Below, in pieces: positions 45,790 through 56,791 of a DNA stretch of 64,000 bases. Made by a program: the position numbers and the translations under genes. The notes beneath the pieces are model-generated. The model saw only the letters and a program-made list of their open reading frames with translations. It was not told the DNA's origin and did no database searches. The DNA is from Eutreptiella sp. 'Long Island Sound 2002'. Its lineage: Eukaryota > Protista > Euglenida. The stretch spans positions 200,756,001 to 200,820,000 of the forward strand of contig OZ038378.1 in the NCBI GenBank assembly GCA_964036045.1, in the 5' to 3' direction. Within the stretch, counting starts at the first letter, position 1; each line of letters starts with the position of its first letter.

Positions 45790-48093
45790 TAATCAAGACT
45801 GAATATTGGGACCGAGCTGGTGGGGGAGGGAACATCAGCTATGACTGGTGAGGGACATCAAGAATGATTCACACATTGATGGCTCTTGAGAAAGTGAAAT
45901 CAGCTTGCAAGTGAACCCCATCACCACGAGGCCCACTTTCAAGGCTTTTGTGGACTTGTGAGGGGCCAAAATGCCCCAAAATGGGCTCAAAATGGGCTCA
46001 TTTCACCCGTTTGTGCACCCCCAATGGTCTAGGATGAGGTTTGGAAAAATGCGTTTTTGACCCATTTTTGACCCATTTTTGGTCCCAAAAAAGCCCATTT
46101 TCAAGGCATTTTGGGATTTTTGGAGGACCAAAATGGGCCACCACAAGCTCAAAACGGTCCAAAAACACTTGTTTTAGCGTTGCACATGGTCTAGGATCAT
46201 TTTTGAGAAAAGTCATCTTTTTGCCCCTATTGGACCCTATTGACCCATTTGGGCACCCACCTGTTTGGGCTTGAGCTTGCAGCTTGCCGCAGCCTAGTGG
46301 GCCTAGGTATTGGGGTCTAGACGTCCGTTTGGGCAATTCTGAGGGGTGGAAACCACAAAACGTGGGGGGTTGCAGGTGGAGTAGGTGCCCTCGGAATCGC
46401 ATTTTGAGCCATGTAGCCAAAGATATGGCCTATTCTTGGTTTGTGGCTGTCGGCATTTGGAGCTTCTGGGGGCCCTTTTGGGCCGTTTTCGGGACATATC
46501 ATGGAGTTAGAGGGCCGCAAAGAGCTCGTTGACACGGGGAAGTCAAGCTGCACGTGGAGTGTACCCGCCGTTTCCCTTCGTTTGGCCGTTTTGAATGTGT
46601 TCCAGGGCTTTTTTGGCCCAAGAATGGCTGTTTTCGGCCCTAAACTGCAGCTTTTGAAACTGAGGTCCGCCACTTGCGAATCCCGTTCCCGGCCGCCACC
46701 GTTGAGTTTCTCGCTCAAACTTTGTGTGATTGTACTTCACACCCATAGGTATCATGCACCAAAATTTCAACCAAATCCAAAGCACCACGACGGAGTGCTG
46801 ATTTTTGCCCATTTCGCGCGTGCTGCTGCTTGCTTGCTTGCTTGCTTGCTGCTAAACCTGGTCGGTCCACCCTAGACACTAAAAAGGGTTGAAGACCAAG
46901 ATTGGTTCCACCAGCTCGGTGACCCTCACCCTCACCTTGGGGCTAATCAAGACTGAATATTGGGACCGAGCTGGTGGGGGAGGGAACATTAGCTATGACT
47001 GGTGAGGGACATCAAGAATGATTCACACATTGATGGCTCTTGAGAAAGTGAAATCAGCTTGCAAGTGAACCCCATCACCATGAGGCCCACTTACAAGGCT
47101 GTTTGGACTTATGAAAGGCCAAAATGCCCCAAAATGGGCTCAAAATGAGCTCATTTCACCCGTTTGTGCACCCCAAACGGTCTAGGATGAGGTTTGGAAA
47201 AATGCGCTTTTGACCCATTTTTGACCCATTTTTGGTCCCAAAACAGCCCATTTTCAAGGCATTTTGGGATTTTCCGAGGAACAAAGTGGGCCACCACAAG
47301 CTCAAAACGGTCCAAAAACACTTGTTTTAGCGTCGCACATGGTCTAGGATCATTTTTGAGAAAAGTCATCTTTTTGCCCCTACTGGACCCTCTTGACCCA
47401 TTTGGGCACCCACCTGTTTGGGCTTGAGCTTGCAGCTTGCCGCAGCCTAGTGGGCCTAGGTATTGGGGTCTAGGCGTCTGTTTGGGCAATTCTGAGGGGG
47501 TGGAAACCACAAAACGTGGGGGGTTGCGGGTGGAGTAGGTGCCTTCGGAATCGCATTTTGAGCCATGTAGCCAAAGATATGGCCTATTCTTGGTTTGTGG
47601 CTGTCGGCATTTGGAGCTTCTGGGGGCCCTTTTGGGCCGTTTTCGGGACATATCATGGAGTTAGAGGGCCGCAAAGAGCTCGTTGACACGGGGAAGTCAA
47701 GCTGCACGTGGAGTGTACCCACCGTTTCCCTTCGTTTGGCTGTTTTGAATGTGTTCCAGGGCTTTTTTGGCCCAAGAATGGCTGTTTTTGGCCCTAAACT
47801 GCAGTTTTTGAAACTAAGGTCCGCCACTTGCGAATCCCGTTCCCGGCCGCCACCGTTGAGTTTCTCGCTCAAACTTTGTGTGATTGTACTTCACACCCAT
47901 AGGTATCATCTATCAAAATTTCACCCGAATGTGAAGCACCACGGCGGAATTCTGATTTTTGCCCATTTCGCGTGTGTTGCTGCTTGCTTGTCGCTTGCTG
48001 CTTGCTTGCTTGCTTGCTGCTGCTAAACCTGGTAGGTCCACTCTAGACACTAAAAAGGGTTATAAAACCATGACTGGTTGCACCAGGTCGGTG
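45790..48093. mobile_element. Two tandem, slightly diverged 1.15-kb non-coding elements with 13-bp subterminal inverted repeats and a (TGCT)n microsatellite
   Basis: Units start CTAATCAAGACTGAATATTGGG at 45790 and 46943. ACCGAGCTGGTGG (45811) pairs with CCACCAGCTCGGT (46908). Flanked by degenerate CCCTAA repeats. Confidence 0.85.
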
Positions 48094-48760
48094 ACCCTAA
48101 TCCTAACCCCCCCCCCCCCCGACCCCTGGCTGGACGCCCCCCCGACCCCCAGTCAGATCCCCCTTGGACCCTTGGTAGGAACACCCCTTCCCCCGGACCC
48201 CCGGGAGGAACACCCGCCCCGCCGACTCCCGGCAGGAACCCCCCCCCCCCGACCCCCGGCTGGACCCCCCCCCCCCAACTGCCCCCCCCCCCCGCAAATT
48301 TTGAAAGATAGTTGGGGGGTGGGTCGCATCAGGGTCACATCTGTAGTCGCCCCCCCGGGGGCGGGGCCTTCCGTCGCACCGCGAGCCATGGGGTGTGCAG
48401 GGCAGGGATAGGGCAGGCTCCCGGCCAGCACTAACCCACTAACCCCCTCACCAACCCTCGCTAGAGGAGAGGGGGGGGGGGAAGGGCGCAGGAAGGGTAT
48501 GGGGGGGTTCGACGTACAACCCCCACTCAAACCGCCCTCCCCTGGTACCAGAGCCTGCTGGGCCATAAAAGGCATGTGTCTTCCATACGATGCCATTGCC
48601 CAGCGTCCATGACCTAAATTGGCCCTTGCCCCCCCCCCCCTCTACACACAAGCGTGCGCACACACCCAAACACCCACACCCACACCCGCACCCACACACA
48701 CGCGCACACACCCCCACCCCCACCCCCACACACACGGGCACACGCACCCCCACCCCAAAC

Positions 48761-51700
48761 TCCAAGACCAAGATCGGGCAACTGCTTGGCATTCAAATAA
48801 CACCACCGGTGACCAAAGTGCGTATACGAGGGTACGGTGTGTCGCTGGGTCTCGAGTCCAACAGCCATAGTGGAGCCCAGAGGGAGGCAAACAAAGTATT
48901 CGGCGAAGGCAGAGTAAAGTGCTCGCCTGCAGGCACCAATAGCAGAGCGGCTTCAAAAGGCTTGTGTACAACATCTTATCCGAGTCGACCCCTCATGGGA
49001 ATGATGTACCACACCGGCCGGGGACACGTGGCTACCAGAGTGCACATGGCACAAGTGTTCGCGTGCGACCCCAGTCGCCAAGTACCGCTCACTCGGGAAG
49101 AGCTCCACAGTGCCTGCGCTGACTGGGATTGCACCCCCAGCACAAGACACCGAAATGGACGACGTGGCAGATGGCGAAGAGCTAGACGAGGAGCTCCTAT
49201 AAGAAGGCCGAACATTGTCACGTGCGGAGACATACACCCGAACCTAGGGCCGGTCAATTTCATAAATGCCAACTGCACATCACTGCACGCACACTACGGC
49301 ACCATTTTCCATTACACAGGACATGTGATCGGTCTGCAAGAGACCATGCTCCCACTCACAAGGCAAAAGTGCATGCGCACGCTCGCAGGGGAGTTTGGGT
49401 GGGATTGCCACTGGGGCTCCCCCTTGGAGTCTAGCAAAGGGGGCATGTGGGGGGCACCTCAGGGGGGGATAGGCTTACTTCTCAAAAAGGGGTGGATCAG
49501 CAGGCTGGTCTCTCCAAACCTAGACGACCCCGTACAGCCAAAACTGTGGACCTTGGGGAGATCAATGCATGTTTGCGCAACATTGGGGGGGGGGGATCGT
49601 CACATCAACATACAGGTTGTATATGGCATCCCGAATCAACGGGCACCGAATGAGGCCTTCTGAGAGTTGGTACTGTGTTAGACCGCCGGTCTTGGCAACT
49701 CCAGCCCAATTATCCTCACGGATGCAAATTTCAATCTTGATAAGCCAGACCGCATGCATGTGGCAGCACTGGTGGCATTGCCTGATGGGTGGCTGGTCGA
49801 TGCAACTTTCCTACACTCGAGGCTACACGGCACGAAATGTGCCAGCGTCTTTTCCAAGGACTGACACGCACACATACACATAGACTGCGCACTGATAGAC
49901 CCGGTCATGGCTAGCTCCCTGCAACGGGTCACGGAGGTTTGCAAACATGGGCTCCCCGGGCACAACGCTGTCTGCTATCAGCTAGACCTGGACCAGCCTA
50001 TGCAGCGAGTGGTGAAGCTGAGGTAGTTACCCCCATTCTCCTTAACCCCCAAGGGATCGGGAAGGCACGGCAGCAGTCGTTAAAGTCCTGCTGAAGCCTC
50101 ACCTCAACAAGTGGCATGCCATGATTGATGCAGGCGCGTCCGCTAACGACTTGTGGTCTCTGTGGACTTTCATTGATGAAGAGACAAGCCTAGCTTTGAG
50201 CTGTGATGACCTGAATGAAGACACAGCCACCCCCCTTCTGTATGCTCCCCAAGACTTGGAGAGAGGGCGCGGCACAGAGGCAATGATCCAGCACACAACA
50301 ATGGGCCCAACTAAAATAACATGCAACGGCGCATCGCGCACGCGAGTCCTTTCACGGGTGCAGAGCACCCTAGGTTGCCTACGGCCCGTCATACGCTGGG
50401 CCCGGCTACAGACTAGGGACAACATCCCACAGTGTCAGCCTGGACTGGAGGGCAGCTTGTAAGCGCATGCGCAAATTGAGCACACAAATCCGTGGATACT
50501 CTCTGCTACAGGATCTACAGCGCTGGACCCCCGACCGCTCCCTGCCAGTGCCGCGCCCCCTCCCTAGCCTGGTGGAAATCATGGCCACACATGACGACAT
50601 GCGTACACTCGGCAAGGTTTATGCAAGACAGGAAGAGCGCGCGCGCATGCGTAGGTGGAAGGACAAAATGAATGCCTCGTGGCTCGATACGCCCAAAGAA
50701 GTGTATGCCTAGATGTGGTAGCAATACCAGCCTCTACTAGTCATGCTGGAGGACCCGGACACGGACAACCCCGCCTTGTCAGTGGAAAGAATAGACAACA
50801 TCCTGCATGGTGCATGGGATGTAGTCATCAAGAAATATGCCGACAAACGAGAGCCACATGCAAAAACCTTCATGGAGGGTCGCTAGCGTGAGTACTGCCT
50901 GCTCTGTAGGCGGGGGGAGGGGGCCTACCAGTTGGTGGTGGGTACACGTTGTGTCTGTTGGAATGCGTGCGCCCTGTGGACAGGGCCGGCTATTGTTGAT
51001 CTCGCAGCTTGCGTGCTGCTTGGATCGCCACGTACGTCGTGTGCACCGAAATAAGCGAAGCCAGGGATGCTTCTTTCAGTGGTGCTGGGAAAGTCTCGAG
51101 GGGTGGGGCAAGACCACGGAGTTTGAGACATGGGGGCCAGTTGGATTTGGCCGGCAATTCTTGCAAATTGGCCGCATGCTGTTTGACACCAATCATGAGG
51201 GGGTCGCGCACGTGTGCCCATGTTGCGCAGTGCCAGAGTATGTGCTCCTCCGTCTTCGGGTCCCCTTGACAGTAGGGGCACACGGGTGAGGCTTGGATGC
51301 CGCGCTGGTGCGCCCGTTGGGCGGTCCGAAGAACCCATCTCAGTAGTATGCGCAGCAGCGACTTTTCTTGCTCTGACCCAAAGTGTTGAATGCACTCTGA
51401 GATGAGCGCCCTGCATGTGGTGTAATCCATGCCCGCGAACTGTTGCGGTCGTCGCGCAATCAGCTGGGTGATGCACTGCAGCCTGGGTTGCTCCCGTTTG
51501 GTATGTTTCAGCAACTTGGGGCCATGCTCTGTCAGGCGTATGTGTTGTGTGTTGCCCGGCGCCTTCCATTCCCACCACCTTGTCACTGTTGCCCAGCCCC
51601 ATTTTTGCAGTGTGCACACTGCCCTGCCCAGTGGGCCTCTTCCTGAGCTGGCCGGGTTCGCCTCCCAGACGGCTTGCGCAGTGATGAGTGCGGGGCCCCG

Positions 51701-54368
51701 GCCCCTGCAGAGGCGTGGGACCCAGAGTGCACATTGATATGCTATCAGCATGGTGGGAGACACCCTGCGCCCTGGACAGAGTAGGCAAAATATTATCTCT
51801 CTCACCCTCTGTGGGCGTGACGGCCCCCAGATGGTGTTAACAATCTTGGTTTCAAACTTTCTCACGTCTTTGACTTCGAGCGGAACAATTTTTGCTGCGT
51901 GCAGGCCCGTGGAATTGATCATGGTTGCCACGATCTGGCTGCGCCTGTCAAAATCCCCCTGTGCTCCGTGCACTCTGTCCAGGAGTGTGGAGGCTCGCGC
52001 AATGCGTTTTAGAATCAGTGGGCCCGAGGCCACCCCATCTGTGGTTCGTACCCCCGCCCTCATAGATCGAAATTCTGTCTCACTTGCAAAAGAGACCCCT
52101 TGCAGTTGCGTTGGCAGCTACCCTAAATGTCCCGTTTTGAAGCCCACTGACTTCTTGGCGTTTATCCCTTGCCCCGTCACCGTTAGCCAATCCTCTGTGC
52201 ACTGTAGCAGTGGCTGGAGATCGTTGCCCCCTGCAAACACCCCGTAGGTGTCATCCGCATAGCCTAGTGCCGTGATGATGAAGTGCAGTGCTTCCTCAGG
52301 CTTCCCATTTGGGAGGGATTGTGCGTTGACTTTGACCGCCTGCTCCCGGGCATCGATAATGCGCTTCCACATGCCAGTGAGCAGATTGATAAGAATTACG
52401 CTGAGGGGGCAAGCCTGCAGGATGCCATTTGTGGCCGCGAAAAAGGAGCAGAGGCATCCCATCATTTTAAAACAACACGTGAGTTGTTTGTACATCCCTG
52501 CTAGAGCCCTGTGCGTGCCCGTGTGCATCCCCCGTTCAATGGCGACACACAGAACGATTTGCTGGGGGATCAAATCGAAACATTTCACATAGTGCAGTCC
52601 AAAGCCTTGCAGGGTTTGCTGGATCGTTTTATGCAGCTCTAGAAGCAATGACATCGGGGCTGCCGCATCCGTGGCGCCCCTCTTTGTCCTGAAACCGTAT
52701 GCATGGGGGTGAAACCACTGTTCTTGCCATGTCATGCACTCTTCGGGGCGAATGCCTGCCCAAACTCGGTACAATTGTGAGAGAACCAAGAGGGGTCTTT
52801 GCTGCATGGGCTGCATCCCCTCCCCTTTCGGGATCAGTCAGATAAAGCCTCGTGCTAGATCTGCGGGCTAGATGCCCGTGTCCTCAACAATGCTGAGCAG
52901 TTCTGCAAATATAACCAGGACCTCATCTGGCACATAGAGTAAGTCAGAGACACACCAGCCATCCAGCCTTGTGGCTGTGTGGATGGCCATTTTCTTGAGC
53001 CGTTTCCGTATGCGGGGTCCTGTGAGGAGCGCGGCTTGCATCTGTCCTGTCTTAACCAAGAAATGATTGTACGTACGCGTAGAGCTCCCCTTGGGAACTC
53101 ACGTTCATGACCAATCTGCTCCGGTGGCTCAGAGCGCTCCGCTGGCCGGAGGAACTAGGCACATTCACCTTTTCGGAACTTGGCCTCGATTTTGAGGAGT
53201 CCTCTGAACGGACGCTACCAGCAGGGTACCAACAGGGTTCTCTGCACCGTGAATCGCACATGACAAGATGCGGGGCGTTGATCCCGCCGGGAGGTCGAGC
53301 AGTGTGCGGCTTGAATTGGAGGCCCTATCTTACCTTCAGACAGAAGATGATACGACACATTTGCACACTCACACAGTCCTGCGAAGCGACGTGGATTGCA
53401 CGCTCGCACACACGCCCGGCGGCACAACGGCCGTATGTGTACAGAGCACGCAAAACTCCGGAGCAGGTGGAGGAAGCACGCTTGCAACGCGCTCTCACCG
53501 GCAGTCTCAACACAAGCCTCATGCCGGCGGCAGACACACAAAGGAGGCTCCAGCAGACCCTTTGCCAAAGACCTTTTTCCGGTCATCGGGGACGGCAAAG
53601 TCCCGCGGGCCCCATACACCACAGTCACAAGCAAGTAGCAAGATCCCACACACTGCGCGGTCGCACTGCCAAAGGGAACGGGCACATGGGCACATCACAC
53701 ACACCCGCCACATGCCGCAGACTCCACAGCACAGCGGAAACATGTTGCTCCATGTTGCATCACACACCAGGCCACGTGGCACGTTTGCCCATGCTTCAAA
53801 GGTGTGCACAACACAATCTGCCGCCATGCCCGAGATGCATGGTTACAAGGCGGGGCGTACGCCACTGCTGTGGCAGTGGACACCACAAAGTGATTACCCC
53901 ACGTAGGCTAGATACGCGGGCATGCCCCACAGACAATCAGGGGCCGCCACCGAAGAAGAGACGCGCCATTTCCTAAGGCCCGCACACACGCACGGGACAC
54001 ATGCGCTCCCCACTCACACCAGGCACACCCCAACCCTCGAACAGGCAGCATGCACCCCCCCCCCCCTCAAGGGACATGGATGAGGACGTGGACGCCCCCC
54101 CCCTCCCCCGTGCGTTCTTCGCGCAGGGACATGGAAGAGCCAACAGTGAACACACCTAAGGCTCGAGGGACCATGAGGGTGTGATTCAGCGGTAGGGGCG
54201 GGCACAATCACAAAGAGTGCCCACTCTAATGCCTTCACGAATGGGGCTGCCGCCCTCACATCGCACGTGGATCTCCCTCGTTAATAGTACACTCCCGTCG
54301 CAAGAGCGGCCAGGAGATTAAAAGCCTTCAACCACCGTTAATAGTACAGAGCATACACACACAAACAG

Positions 54369-54441
<73 letters not shown>
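48761..54441 (+). mobile_element. 5'-truncated LINE copy 2 (diverged subfamily) with a 2.2-kb internal inversion (50878-53084) and a long (CA)n tail
   Basis: ORF1 C-terminus, GDIHPNLGP and APE on plus. RT (GLHYVKCFD, GILQACPLS, YADD) on minus. ELGLDFEE and the Cys/His motif are on plus again. Confidence 0.9.
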
Positions 54442-54444
<3 letters not shown>

Positions 54445-54830
54445 TAGATCGTGGGTTCGAATCCCGGAGGGGAGGGCACACCGCCGGGGTTCACACTTCA
54501 TGCAGTTGCCACCCCAGCCCCTTTTTACCCCCTCCCGGCACATGAGCTCCGGCGGTACCCGTGGGTTTTGCGCCCGTGTCCGCCAACAGCACACTAGACT
54601 CGCCCGGTGGGGCACCCACGCAGGGAAGCACGGGAGCACGGACAAGGGATGCGGGAAGCGGTAGGAACACAAAACCTAGCCCCTCTTGTTGCATGTTGCA
54701 TGTCATCTCAACCCGGTTCTTGAAGCCTGGCGACGGGGCAACAGAACACGAGAACTCATGGTTCGGTCGCACCATCGTTGAACCTCGCAGTTTGAGCATG
54801 ATTTGAACGAGTTGGGCGTCACACACACAC
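54442..54830 (+). mobile_element. Probable 5'-truncated tRNA-derived SINE with a CA tail; 3'-end remnants at 28639-28690 and 14410-14554
   Basis: B box GGTTCGAATCC at 54454. The 3' end TTTGAGC.TGATTT.A...TTGGGCGTCACACAC is shared with 28639, and TTAATACAATGGGCGTTGCACACA occurs at 14515. Confidence 0.5.
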
Positions 54831-54870
54831 AAATACATATACACATGTGCACACACACACCAACACACCC

Positions 54871-54924
<54 letters not shown>

Positions 54925-54932
<8 letters not shown>

Positions 54933-55091
54933 CTGACCCAGGCGAGGCCCCCAGCTGCAACCCACACAGGGACCAGACAAGAACGTTGAAAGGTCCTCAG
55001 GGTTGACCGCGGACCTAATTCTATAATGGTACGTCAGGCGAGCACGGAGGCCTTGGACCCATGCGAGTCTCCCTCTTTAATATTGTATTAC

Positions 55092-55143
<52 letters not shown>

Positions 55144-55150
55144 CACACAC
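54925..55150 (+). mobile_element. 3'UTR-only fragment of a related LINE between CA runs
   Basis: Starts at CAGAGGTTCTGAC and ends CATGCGAGTCTCCCTCTTTAATA...(CA)n, resembling the other 3' ends. Confidence 0.55.
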
Positions 55151-56322
55151 GCACGCACCCCACGGCCCACGTCAGCTGACGGACTATGACTAAGTTAATG
55201 GCTGCCCGTCCCCGAGGACAACCTCAGCACTGTACTATAGTCGAGACCGGGATGCTGTTCGGGGATGTATCCACTGTGCGACACATGCGTGAGACTTCCT
55301 AATTTCACAATTGTGGGGTGGTGGCGCCAAATTTGTCGCGTAAACATCAAACTTCCAAGACCGGGCGGCAAGATGCGGACCGGCGGATGTATGCACTGTG
55401 CGACACATGCGTTTGGTCACGTAGATTCACACCCTGCGGGGTGATGGCGTGTTGCAAGCTCACCTCAACAACCGTTCACCCCATCACGAGACAACCACAA
55501 CCACAAAAGAATGGGCAGGACACCGACGCAAGGCGATGAAGCTCAATCCTGGCAGGGAGCGGACGGTACAATAGTCAAAGGTGAGAGACGCTCACAAACG
55601 TCTCCGTCGACCCAAGACACAGTCCACGGCCGACCCAACAAATGGCAAGGTCCAAGACAAATGGCAAGAATGGAGAGACTCTGCTCACCGCGAAACATGT
55701 GAATTTGCAGGATAGTGGGAGCCAAAGGGGCTGGGTCACTAACCCAGACCACAGGAATAAGGGATCAACCCCGGCCGTCCACGGATGGGAGCAGACCCCC
55801 CACACACAAACAGACCGCCATTGACCACCACCACGGCAGACAACAACACCGTGCTGCCCCAACCGCAATCAGCGAGGTCACCGGAGGCAAGCCCGTGAAA
55901 TTGATCTAAAACGCTCAAGGGGGATGGGAGAATGAGGGAAGCATGCAACTGCTTCAGAAAGGCCAGTGACGGACGGATACAAGTGGGCTACAAGAGCAGC
56001 ACTAAATCCTCTTGACCTGGGCAAGTGTCGGCATGTGCCGGCCCCCATCTGAGACGTGGCAACCACGCAAGGGACAATACACCCCTGCCGGACACTCCCT
56101 GAGGTAGGCGGAAGACCTGATCCACATGGCACTGAACATCACCGCATTTGATACCGGGGTATCAGACACGACTGATTCCCATGTGGACCCCCCCTGCCCT
56201 ATCAAGCTTAATTGTTGAAAGCAGGCCAGGGATGGGAAGGCCAGAGTGAGCTGTTCAACCAAAATAGCGACCGGCTTCACTACCATCCTGACGTGATGCA
56301 GAACTGCCCCCCATAGCACCCA

Positions 56323-56448
56323 CACACCCACACACACACATACACGCACGCACGGATGCCCCCCCCCCCACACCCACACGCACACACACACCCACACCCA
56401 CACACACCCACGCACGCACACACACACCCACACCCACACACACCCACG

Positions 56449-56490
<42 letters not shown>

Positions 56491-56631
56491 AACGTGTGCG
56501 CGCGCACACACACACACACCCACACCCACACCCACACCCACACACCCACACCCACACCCACACACACCCACACCCACACCCGCATCCACGCACACAAACA
56601 CACGCACGCACGCACACACAAACACACACTG

Positions 56632-56666
<35 letters not shown>

Positions 56667-56734
56667 CACGCACACACGCACGCACACACACACACACACA
56701 CACCCACACATACACCCACACACACACACGCACG

Positions 56735-56789
<55 letters not shown>
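56323..56789 (+). repeat. Long compound (CA)n/(CACC)/(CACG) microsatellite
   Basis: Direct inspection. Confidence 0.95.

Positions 56790-56791
<2 letters not shown>

Noticed and set aside
45998-48026. Protein-coding ORFs in the tandem 1.15-kb element
   Set aside because: Short, overlapping on both strands, with no domain motifs and boundaries that differ between the two copies.
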